Source: Vitrella brassicaformis CCMP3155 (taxonomy: Eukaryota > Protista > Chromerida). Taken from it: a DNA stretch of 64,000 bases. Within the stretch, counting starts at the first letter, position 1, and every line of letters begins with the position of its first letter. A model generated the notes under the pieces. That model saw nothing but the letters and a program-made list of their open reading frames with translations. It was not told the DNA's origin and did no database searches. The stretch spans positions 1 through 64,000 of the forward strand of contig CDMY01000276.1 in the NCBI GenBank assembly GCA_001179505.1, given 5' to 3'. Positions 1 to 11,130 of this stretch are shown here, piece by piece. Made by a program: the position numbers and the translations under genes.

Positions 1-1910
1 CGCATTCAGCGAAGTCCAGCACATAGAGATCACTCTCGCGCTTGAATGGGATGGTCATCCCTGTCTTGGTGTGGGCGATGTGATAGTCATCAGCATTAAA
101 CACCACTCGGTAGCCATCGTCCTCCAACGCACTCACTGAAATCAAAATAAACGCCATATCAGGCACCAGTAGAGCACGGGAGAGTTTCACCGACTCCGCG
201 GCGAGGGGACCACACCTGTCTAGGTGGGTAGTATACGATGTTCCTGTGTACTTTGGCGCCACGTCGTGGCGACACCGAACGGGAACGACCACTTCCCCCA
301 CCGCCGTCACGGCGATGCTCCTGCCGTCCGCGACGGTCAGAGAGCGACCCACGAGTGTCTCGAGCCTGAGGAAGTAACGAGAAGAGGGAAAGACATGCCA
401 ACTGCAGCCCGAATCAACCAGTGCTCTGGATTTCACAGATAACACAGCAGACGTGAAGCATGCAATCTGTGTTGTGCACTGGACAACTGAGGGAACCCCC
501 TCCTCAGCTGCGAGTCGATGGGAAGTGGAGACCGGCAGAAGTCGATCAGGCTTCACCCGATCTCCATCCCCTACACACGGCTCTCTCCCAGACAAGCATG
601 TCTGTGTGTCGTGTGTCGTCTCAGCGCGTCGATCGTTCCCGACCGGTGGCATCACCACATCACGCGAGGATTCTGAGACCTTGCAGCCATCCAACCATGT
701 GTGCACCTCTCTGTGCTGCCTCTCTTCAAAAACAGGCACGTGTGTGTGCTCCTCCTCTCTCCCCTGTACCGGTGTGTGTGAGCGATTGCGTCTGTGTCGG
801 TTAGCATTCCGCTGCTCGTCTCGTGGCGTCTCGCGCCGACGATGTCGATCAAGACGCATACCACCACCATGTCCCTTGTTGTACTTGTTGTTCTTGCCCT
901 TGTTGTTGTCCTTGATGACGCGCTCCTTCTCTTTACGCTCGACCTCATCGATGTGGCTCTTGAGCAGCTCTGCAGCGCGCTTCATGCGGTGGCTGCTCGG
1001 AAAGAGGGTGATGCCGTACATCTTTTTGTCGTGCGTCAGCCGCTTGCAGTCCCAGTGGTAGTGGCCGTCGTTGAGGCAGTACTTGCAGTTGACGGATTCA
1101 CCATCACTGGCCGCCCTTGCGCCCTCATCAATGTCCATTGGCGTCGTGGCCGCACCGACGCCCATGCTCGCGTCTTGCCCAGGCGATGCCCCGATCATTG
1201 CTGCAGCTGTCTCGAGCTTGCGCACCCTCTCCATGGCGTCGTCGAGGGTGACGTCGCTATTGATGATCTTCTCGCTGATCGGCAGCTTGTAGGCTGTCGG
1301 CACCACCTTGATGTAGACGTGCTTGAGCGCTGTGGCCGTGAGCACCTCCTTCTGCGCATTGACCTTGCCGGCCAGCCGCTTGAACTCGGCGTTGTTGTCC
1401 AGGGCCGACTTTCTGAAGTCCCAGATGAACGCGTCGAAGTCATGTTGCGCTGAGAACTCGGCGAAGATGGGGTTGGACTCCATCTTTGCCTTGAGCCTCT
1501 TGAAGGCCAGCACACCGTCGAACTCGTCGTAGGTGTCCTTGACGCCCTCCTCGTATTGCTCGAGGACGTACTTGGCGGAGCTGTTCTTGCAGGCGAAGGC
1601 GAGCAGCAATAGATGCCCTCAGCTTCTCCTGCTGCTTGTGCATCTGCTTGAGCTCCTCCTCCTTTGCTGCCTTGGTGTACTCGGCGGTGATGGCCTTGTC
1701 CTCGATCTCCTGCTCACGCGTCAGAAGCTCCTCGAGCTTCGTCTGCTGCACCGAGATAGGCACGTGCTCATCGAGCGCCGTGTCCCGCAGTAGGGCCGAT
1801 TCCTCGAACCCCAGCATGGTGCGGAAGCACCGTACCCAATCAGGGTAGTCCTTCTCATCTCCGGAGAAGGTTGGTACATCGCTGGTGCTGAGCTTGATGT
1901 AGTCGCTCAT
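1..1910 (-). mobile_element. Ty1/copia LTR retrotransposon, gag-pol 5' part (Gag with CCHC zinc knuckle, then protease); runs off the window start; 1-bp frameshift at ~1616-1618
   Basis: ATG at 1910 (MSDYIKLSTSDVPTFSG). After removing one G in AGGGCATC the frame stays open to position 1. It encodes CKYCLNDGHYHWDC (CX2CX4HX4C), then ALVDSGCSWHVFP...LLVPDMAFILISVSALEDDGYRVVF...KRESDLYVLD, the copia protease DSG motif and its following signature. High codon regularity, no introns. Confidence 0.9.
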
Positions 1911-2001
1911 GGTGGTCGTAGATCTCGTGGCGGAGCTTGGTCAGGAGGTGAGGGGAGTCGACGGGAGTCGAGCGGCGAGTGTGGGGGTCTGAGGGAAGAC
2001 C

Positions 2002-2301
2002 NNNNNNNNNNNNNNNNNNNNNNNNNNNNNNNNNNNNNNNNNNNNNNNNNNNNNNNNNNNNNNNNNNNNNNNNNNNNNNNNNNNNNNNNNNNNNNNNNNN
2101 NNNNNNNNNNNNNNNNNNNNNNNNNNNNNNNNNNNNNNNNNNNNNNNNNNNNNNNNNNNNNNNNNNNNNNNNNNNNNNNNNNNNNNNNNNNNNNNNNNNN
2201 NNNNNNNNNNNNNNNNNNNNNNNNNNNNNNNNNNNNNNNNNNNNNNNNNNNNNNNNNNNNNNNNNNNNNNNNNNNNNNNNNNNNNNNNNNNNNNNNNNNN
2301 N
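2002..2301. other. Scaffold gap (300 N) at the expected position of the copia 5' LTR
   Basis: N run directly upstream of the gag leader on the minus strand. Confidence 0.95.
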
Positions 2302-2824
2302 TACAGCCATCTACTCTCACCCTGTGGAGGATCGCTGTCGTTGCCCGTTAAGGCAACAGATGAGCCAGAGGGACGGTTCACGAGAAGGAGGGACAGTTCG
2401 GAGTGCTCAGGGTTCTCAGCATGCAGTGGCATTACACGGGGGGATCTACCCCAACACACGCAGCCTCTGACACAGGTGCAGCCTTAGCATTTGCGAGCCC
2501 GGGAGAATCTCTTTCCTCTCTGCAGTAAGAAGCCCTTGTAAGGGCTGGGTGGCACTGTGAGGGTCGATAGAATGACGAGTTGCGACGGCGTCGTATGCTG
2601 CCTCGGGTGAGTGAATGAGCACCGCAGACACACACAACAGGCGAGAAGAGGAGAGCTGCCGACGAAGAGAGGCTCCACGGCATGGAGGGCCCTTGCTTTG
2701 AAAGAACTTTGAAGTCGCGAGGACTAAGGCGTTTGTTTGTCTGTTTGTGTGTGCGTTGTTCAAATCCGATTGCGCAGGTGCCTATCGCTCGTGCCAGGTG
2801 CTGCCTCTGCAGGCCTGCAAATGC

Positions 2825-5468
2825 ATGGACGAGCGAGCAGATTCCTGTCTGTGTCTTGCTGATCGTTTCGGTGCATGCCTTGGTTCGTTGCTTGCTGTTT
2901 GTTTGTTCTCATCATTTCTTGTCAGGTTTGAAGAAGAAGATAGTGAGCAACATGGCGTTCTTCCCGCCGCGGCCGCCCGGCTACCGCATCGACGACGGGG
3001 CGCCGGGGGGGGGCCACCCGCTGCAGCGAGACTGGGACGGGTCGGTGGTGCAGGTCTTCCTCAGGTCCATCATGCAGCTGCCGATGGGTGGACAGCAGGG
3101 CAGCATGCAGCCCATGCCCAAAACCATCGCAGTAGGTAGGGCATCGGCGCATTGATGGCTGGAGGGTTGGATGGTTGGATGTGTGGTGTGTATTTTATGG
3201 TATGGGTGTGTGTGTGTTGGTTGCAGGTAGGATAAGTGTGGATGCGGTGCGGCTGCGGACGGGCGAGGGCAACTACATCTGGGGATTCCACTTCAGGCAC
3301 CACACACCCAAGTACCTACCTGCACACATACACACGTGCCCAGCAGCTGCCAGGGAGGGAGGGAGGGAGGGAGGGAACGGCGTCCATCCACTCGCTCTTG
3401 GCTGCGTGTGGTGTGCAGGAACGGCCAGTGGACGCTGGTCTTCTCTCACGGCAACTCGACGTACGCCACACACACACACACACACACACACATATGCCCT
3501 CGCCCATATGCACGTCTGCCTGCCTGCCTGCCTGTGTGTGCGTGTGCTGTGTGTGCGGCCCACACACAGGGATATAGGGATGATGTTTCAGCACTTCTCG
3601 GACCTGGCTGAGAATCTGGGGGTGCGTCCGTCCGTCCGCGAGTCGATGGACGCCAGCCAACCAACAAGCGTAGTCTGTGCGTGTGCCGTGTGTGTGTGTG
3701 TGTGTGGCGTGCAGATCCATGTGTTTGCATACGACTACTCGGGGTACGGCTGCAGCACCGGGGAGCCCAGCGAACACGCCCTCTACGCTGGTAGGGGGAC
3801 TGGACATACGGGCTGACTGACTGGATCTGGATGGATGGATGGATGGATGGACAGGCACACACACACACACACACACAACCAGCTACCCTTGTGTGTCTGT
3901 GACGTGACAGATATCGAGGCTGTGTTCCGCCACCTGGTGCACGAGCAGCACATCCCACAGAAATCGCTCATACTGTATGCATGCCCTCCCTGATCATCAA
4001 TCAGCACACACACACATTCTTCGCACATATGGGTGGGTGAAGACCAAAGAGTGTGTGTGTGTGTGTGTTCAGCTACGGCCAGTCAGTCGGCTCCGCCCCT
4101 ACGATAGACTTGGCCTCTCGGGAGGAGGTTGGAGGTCCGCCAGCACACAGCAGACAGCACACGGCACACGGCATGTCTTCTGTGCCTGTACGTGTGTAAG
4201 TGTGTAAGTGTGTGTGTGTGTGTGTATGCAGGTGTGGTGATCCACAGCGGCATGAAGAGCGGCCTGTCGGTGTTGAGGAAGGTCAGCCACACACACCACA
4301 CACCACACACACACACTCATCCATCCATCCATCCATTGATTGATTGATTGATTGATCAGGGCATGGGCAACGCCCCTTGGTTCGACGCGTTCAAGAACGT
4401 CAATAAGATCCGCAAGGTCAGGTGGCCAGACAGACAAAGAGACAGACAGCCTGACTGACCTACACATCACAGTGTCTGTGTGTGTGTCTGTGTGTGTGTC
4501 TGTGTGTGTGTCTGTGTGTTTTGCAGGTGATGTGTCCGGTGTTCGTCATGCACGGCATGAACGATTCAGAAGTGCGTTGCGAGCACGGCGAGGTACTACA
4601 GTAGGCACACCCAGACGGACAGACGCCCACACGCACGATTGATCACTCTACAAACCAACCGTGCGATGGTATCAGGCCCTTGCAGAGGCCGCCATGTGCA
4701 AGTTCCCTCCCTGGTGGGTCTTCGGAGCCGGCCACAACGACATAGAGGTCGGCCATTTCACCACACCACATACCAAGCCCCAACACCCACACGGGCTCTT
4801 GCCATTGTTCTTGAATCATTTCATTCCTGCAGGTGGTGTCCCGGTCGCTGTACTTCAAGAAGCTGACCGAGTTCATCCAGCACATCAACAAGCTCGCCCA
4901 CACACACAGCTACACCTACGCCCACTCCTACACCCACCCTGTCCACGGACACGGACACCCCCATGGGCACCCAACCGCCGCAACCGCCTCGGCATCACGG
5001 CTCACCGTCCCCGGGGACCAGTACCAGCACCACCAGCAGCACGCACACGCCTACCACCCCCCATCGCACCCACACCCACACCAGCACCCTCATGCACAGA
5101 TGCCGGTGCACGTGAACGTGGTGCTCCGCACCCCCCATATGGCGACCACCAACACGACCACGTCTGTGGTGGGCGACATGGCGACAGCGGCCAGCAGCGG
5201 GGGGTTCAGCAGCCTCTGGGGCAGCGCGGCGGGGGCGGGGGGCGGCATGATGGCCACCATGGCCACCATGGGCATCATGTCGGCTTCTGCTTCGGGCACG
5301 AACCTCTCCAGATGGGCCGGGTCAGTGAGTGAGCGAGAATGGGCATCATGTAGATCGTATCGTTGTGATTTGTGTTGTGTTGTGGGGTGTCCGTGCAGGC
5401 AGCAGCAGCAGCAGCAGCATGATGGGCGGGCGTCGGCTTACCATGACCACTACATGCGCCTCCAGTGA
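2825..5468 (+). CDS. ABHD17: ABHD17-family alpha/beta hydrolase (protein depalmitoylase-like), ~13 exons, His-rich C-terminal tail
   Basis: Spliced exons give MDERADSCLCLADRFGLKKKIVSNMAFFPPRPPGY...WTLVFSHGNSTDIG...[28 protein letters not shown]...LYGQSVGSAPTIDLA...GVVIHSG...WFDAFKNVNKIRKVMCPVFVMHGMNDSEV...GAGHNDIE. Ser/Asp/His triad intact; GT-AG phases consistent where checked. Start and last exon less certain. Confidence 0.9.
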
Positions 5469-6634
5469 GTGAGCTTGTGAGCTGCCGCACCCCGGTGCGT
5501 GTGCCTTTATACCAACCATAGCTATATCTATTCGATGAATGGATGGATGGATGGATGGCTGTGTGTGCGTGTGCGTGTGTGTCCATCCGCGGGCACGCAC
5601 CAACACGTTTTATATATTCCGCTCGTCCGCTCGCTGTGTGGGCGTGGCGTCGTCTGCGTAAGTGTGAGTGTGAGTGTCAGTGTGTGTAATGGTACCTAAT
5701 TCGTCAGATAAGTGAGTGGATTGGTATGTCGATGGATGGGGGGTATATATGTGGGTGGGTGGGCAATGAACACCCAGCACCTCCTCGTTCGTTCGTGTGT
5801 GACCTTTTGTCGGAATTCGCGCACACACACATACACATACGCCCTTTGACCGCATGTGTGTATGCGCCTGACTACTCACTTTCTCATTCGGCCATCCATC
5901 CATTCCATTCACACCTTTACATGCCCATTCACCCGACCGGATGAGTTACCAGCTAAGGGTTTTGACAGTGTCTGCAGCAGGCACCCGCCCCGCCCCTTCA
6001 ACTGTCGGCCGACATATAAGTGTCCACAGAGAGAGAGAGAGAGAGATGGATGGATGGAGAGAGAGAGAGAGGATCTGACTGACGTGTCTGTCGGTTTGTT
6101 GGTGTCTGTCTGTTGGTTGGTTATGCGGGTCAATCAGTCAGTACTGAGCGAGCGGTGGCCGTGGATAGATGGCTGGCTGGCTGGAAGGATGACCTGTAGA
6201 TAATGATGGGTGGACGGACGGATGAACGGATGCGTGTGCGCTAAATGCATGCAAGAGGGGGGGCCGACCAGGCAGGCAGACATGCGGACAGGCAGGAAGC
6301 TCATTGAACTACTCGGTCTAGACCAACCAACCAACCAACCAACCATTTGTCATGTCAATGAGTCCAACCAATCCCCCATCAATGGCATGCAATCCACCCA
6401 CGCCGCGCCATGCAGAGAGGCAGAAATCGCGGAGCAAAGCGCTATGGACTACGTATATCTATCTAATCTATAAATATGCGTGTGTGTGTCCATCGGCACG
6501 GCAGCAGTCCCCCCAGCACGCAGCAAAGACCGAAACCGCTGGCTGAAGCAGGGCCCTCACTCATATACAGAAAAAAATAAATACCCATATATTCTCTCTC
6601 GTTCCTTTGGGTCGTCCGTTGGTTTGGTTTGGTT

Positions 6635-6693
6635 TCACACGGGGGTAGGCAGGCCAAAGAGGGCAGGGATATCCTCAAGCGAATTGACACTGA

Positions 6694-6730
<37 letters not shown>

Positions 6731-8142
6731 CAGAAGACACAGATCGGTCAAAGCATCTTCTTCGCCCATGCGACGCGATGCACCTGACGAAATTATTGAC
6801 GGCACTGTTTGTGTCGCTCTTGGGCTGCCTGCCCTTGTTGTTGACCAGCACGCCGCTCCACCCCGCCTACCGAAGACACACGCACACACACACACACACA
6901 CACAACACACAGGCGTGTCAATCCAGTCACCTACCTCGGCACCCCCCTGCACCCACCTGTGTGGCGCCCACAATGTCCCTCTCGAATGAGTCGCCGATGT
7001 GCACGTGTGTCGTGCGGTCCACACCCACACACGACGACGACGATGGAGAGGCCGGCTCGCCCTCTTTGGTCCACTGCTGCCGCACACGCCGGGCCTCCTC
7101 AACGGCCGACTGGAATATCTGGGGGTGCGGCTTCTCGACGCCCTGCTCCCGCGACAGCAGCACGAAGTCAAAGTACTGCAGTAGGCCGAAACGCGCTAGT
7201 GCCTCGGTTGCCCTCTCGTCAAAATTGCTGATCACGCCCATGACGGGCCGCTCGTCTGCTCCAAGCGATCCGCGCCACGAGCTGACCGACAGACACACCC
7301 CCACCCCCACATACGAAACGTGCGGGCGCACGCACATTGGCGGCACCCCACCCACCTGAGTGCTTGTAGCACCTCGTGTGTGTTGGGGAGGAGGGCCCAG
7401 CCCCTCTCTCCCACAAACACGTCGTAGTAGAGATCCGCAAACACGCGGTCGAAGTAGCCGCTGCTGCCGCCGTCCTCATGCTGCAGGAGGGCCGGGTCGA
7501 CGCCCCCATGGATGTACGTGTGCCGCACGACGTCTCTCCACCACTCCACCGACGACAGGTTGGTCGCCGCGCCAAACGCAGGATGCTCCGCAGACCTAAA
7601 GGGAGGGAGACAGACAACAGACAAAAGAAACAGAGGTCCAGAAACATACAGACTTTGCCACCGTCCCTCCCTCCCTCCCTCCCTCCCTCCCTCCCTTCTC
7701 ACTTTGCCTTATAGGCCTTCATGAACGCGGTGGTGAGGGCGTCAGCGTCGAGCTCTTCTAGATGCCTTTCCCATCCCGAGCCCTCGGGCAGATGCTCGCG
7801 CAGGGCGAGGAGGTAGCTCTCGCCGACAGGGATGCGCGGCGTGAACAGCGTGCCCGTCACGTCGAGTGTTACCAGGGAGGGCCGGGGAAACCGCACAGAA
7901 GACGCCACATCTGTGGTGGCGCTATGGCTGGACGTCGATGACATCATTGTGACGCGATGACGGGTGGACGGTCTAGTAGACGGTCGGGGGTTCCTGAAGG
8001 CAGCTGTTGGCTGCCATTCTTGGCGCGTGACGGCTCGGACGGACGACAGATGCTGGTGGCAAGGGCCAGATGAAGCGATGAGGCTGAGCGAGAGACCGAT
8101 TGACAGCCGCAGCCGGTTGCGAGATGGCAACTGATTCATCAA
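6635..8142 (-). CDS. HAD-superfamily hydrolase (HDHD3/REG-2-like) with N-terminal signal + transit-like leader
   Basis: Motif I LVTLDVTGTLF, motif II VISNFDER, motif III GVEKPHPQIF, motif IV HIGDSFERDIVGATQAGW, C-terminus VNSLEDIPALFGL*; five exons. Confidence 0.85.
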
Positions 8143-8237
8143 TCAGTGATGCCTGAGGAGAGAGTGGTTTCACGGAATTTTCAAACCCTACACCCCTCAT
8201 ACCCTTCTCGCTGAATAACTCCTCACTTGCAATCACC

Positions 8238-9320
8238 ATGCTTGAGGCCAAAGAGGGCGGCTCGAGCTCGAATGCTGCTCCTCGAGATCTTCCATCTGCT
8301 GCGGCGAAACCGGGTGACCGCGGAGGCCTGATCCGCCTGGCCATCAGTGACCTCTATCAGGAGCTGCAAGTGAGCCTGGCGGAAGCCTGCACCGCACACA
8401 TGAACACACCAACGCACCGTCGATGGATGTGTGTGTTGTGTGTGTGTTGTGTGTGTCCTGTCTGGTCTGTCTGATCTGGTCTGGTGCAGTGTTGTCTGGC
8501 GTTGGCCTTGTACGAGGCCCCTCCCCTCTCCCTCCCCACCATCACCTCACCCGAGGCCCTCCAGAAAGTCGACAGAATCCTCACACAGCCCCTGCAGCAA
8601 CAGCAGCCATCGACAGCACCACCACTAGCAGCAGCAGCAGCAGCAGCTGGGGACACCACCCAGCAGCAGCAGCAACAGCAGCAAGGTTCATCGGCAGACC
8701 AGCCGAGGGGGCCGCTGCGGCCAAGCCGAAGCCGAAGCCAAAGGTCAAGGTCAAGACCACCAGGGCCTCCGGCAAGGGGCGCGGCAAGAAGAAGTTATCC
8801 AAGAAGGATCGCGAGAAGGAGAGAGAGCTGCAGAAGGAGCGGCAAAGGGAGAGGGAGAGGGAGCTGGAGAGGGTCCGTGACAAGGAGAGGCGGCGCAGGG
8901 AACGGGAGAGAGACAAGGCGGCCAGTGGGCTCTCCCGTGAGTCGCTGGAGCGGATGATGGACGAGGAGCGGACGAGGCTGCGCAACGGCCGCGAGATGGC
9001 CGATGTGTTCGACGGTGCGGTGGAGGAGAGGGTGCGGCGGCTGACGGGCCACTACACCAAGCTGAGGCGGTTCATCTGTGGCGGAGAGGATCCCATGATG
9101 CCGCCCTTGCCCACCAACCTCAAGAAAGAGGTACACACGTGGGCAGCTGGCACGGCACGAGTGTGTGGCGTATGTGTGTGTGTGTGTGTGTGTGTGGTTT
9201 CAGTCTGCTTACGCTAGGGAGGTTGCGGAGCTTCAGCAGGCCAGCGCCTTCCTCGACCAACAGCTGCTGGTGCTTCAGCGATCTGACGGTGCGCTACGCT
9301 GGCTGGGCACAGCACAGTAG
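8238..9320 (+). pseudogene. Orphan gene X, copy A (Gln/Lys/Arg-rich, coiled coil); frameshifted
   Basis: Collinear with the copy at 28760-29785 but lacks 13 bp (cggcgcagggcca) at ~8709, which shifts the frame between DQPR and AAAAKPKPK. Confidence 0.6.
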
Positions 9321-10173
9321 AGCATAGTAGATAGAAATGGTACCTCCCTCTCTCTCTGTGTCTGTGTTGTGTCGATGTGTGTGCCTGAAGGTGAGTTGCG
9401 TGGCACCGTTGAGTGCGGTCTTCGGTGGGCGGTGGGCGGGGAGCTGACGCGACAGGGGGCGACGGTGGCGATGGGCGGAATGGGTCGTGGAGAGGGCCAT
9501 GGGGGGGCAGATGACCAGGGCATGCTGACGAATGGCGTCGGCTGATCTATGCGATACATGCTGTGTGTGTGTGTGTGTGTGAGTATGGAGAGACAGACCG
9601 ACCGACACACTCGATGAGCGTGTTTGTGTGGGAGCATGTCGAGTATATAGGATATGTGTGCGTGTCGACTGTGAAAGCTACACACGTCATTGTGACGAGA
9701 ATGTGGTGAGGACTGACGTACATTTGTGTGTTTTAAAGACGGATGTGTGTGTGTTTCCTTCATTCGTTTAGGTGACCATCGTCCATCAGATCGGTCCGCC
9801 AATATAGACAAGAAATGTATGTGTCTACAGACGCACAGACAGACAGACAGGCAGGGAGGCAGACACCGCCAGACAGAGAAGCGGACACCACCCCACACAC
9901 GCATCTACGCATCAATCCGCTCGTCCCTCCCTCCCGCATCAGTCCACCCCTAGCCCTTTGTCATGCACACATCCATCCAGCCGGCCCCACCCCACCTCAT
10001 CCGCACAAGCCATGGAAGTATCTTAAAATACACACACCCAGCGAGCAAACGGACGAGCAAACACGTATATATGCACATACACCTACACACCCTTCTCTCC
10101 CTCGATTGGTTCTTCTACAGCTAAAAGCGATCGGCCAGTGGTGTGTCAGTCAGTCCTTGGCCTGATTGATGTA

Positions 10174-10191
10174 TTAGGGTTTAGGGTTTAG
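10174..10191 (+). repeat. Short TTTAGGG telomere-type repeat (2.5 units)
   Basis: ttagggtttagggtttag, overlapping the TAA stop of gene Y copy A. Confidence 0.6.
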
Positions 10192-10952
10192 ACCTCGCAA
10201 GAGCACTCGTTACGGAAATCACTCCAGAGGCAATATGAGTACACGTTAGGACCCGTGCAGGCGTGGTCATGGCGGTCCGCCTTGCAGGCCTCTGGGGGTT
10301 TGAGCGTTCCGCAGTCGAAGCTTTCCTCAGGTGAAAGCATACAGACATACAGTGAGGGAATACAAAAGAACAGAGGTATCCATTGCATACGCACACACAT
10401 ACCCGTGCTGCTGAAATTGTTGATGGCTTGGAGGGCGTTTGCGGCCATCGTGCTGGACGCCTGGCTCATCTGGCTGGACGCATCCATCATGCTCTTGGCC
10501 TGCTGCACGTTCTGCTGCACGAGCGACAGATGGCCAGAGACACCTGCACACACACATTGCACACACCAGGCAGCAACACAGATCCATCCATCCATCCATC
10601 CATCCATGCCACCACGGGCGCAGTGCATTCATCTCCCTCGCATCTGTGTGAGCCGTGCATGTGTGTGTGCCGCACACACCGTTGTTGCTGTGGGTGGCGG
10701 CGGTCTGCAGGCGGGAGATCTCGTTAGTGCGACCCACAAACGACGCACCTGCACACAGCGGACAGCACACAGCGGACAAGTAGAACAGCCACATATGGCT
10801 CAGGAGTGATGTATACGCCATAGATCTGGTCAGATGCACCCACCAGTGTAGCAGTCCTCGCCCTAGCAGTAGTTGCTGTACATGGCCGAGGCCACAGCTA
10901 CGGAACAGACGGCCGCCAAGGCGATGAGGAGCGCATACGAGGGACCCTTCAT
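10188..10952 (-). pseudogene. Orphan secreted gene Y, copy A (signal peptide, in-frame TAG at codon 30, coiled-coil exon, 6-Cys C-terminal exon)
   Basis: MKGPSYALLIALAAVCSVAVASAMYSNYC*GEDCYT, then GASFVGRTNEISRLQTAATHSNN, then QQNVQQAKSMMDASSQMSQASSTMAANALQAINN, then ESFDCGTLKPPEACKADRHDHACTGPNVYSYCLWSDFRNECSCEV*. Some splice phases unresolved. Confidence 0.55.
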
Positions 10953-11069
10953 CGCTGCCAGCAACCAAATCGAAAACGCTCTTTCTCGGAACAGACGCAG
11001 AAAGCGCGAAACACTTGCCGAGATGCCAGGGCACCGCGATCCTCCCCTCAAATCCGATCACATCCACAT

Positions 11070-11130
11070 GCATTTGGATTGAGGACATTTGGATTGAGGA
11101 CATCGGAGCGGTTGAGGACATCGGGGGAGA
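11070..11130 (+). repeat. Short tandem repeat (CATTTGGATTGAGGA)2 + (CATCGGAGCGGTTGAGGA) between divergent genes Y and Z
   Basis: Seen directly; also present inverted at ~26490-26560. Confidence 0.75.

Noticed and set aside
453-1453. Long plus-strand ORFs (202 aa and 219 aa)
   Set aside because: Antisense shadows of the copia gag-pol frame
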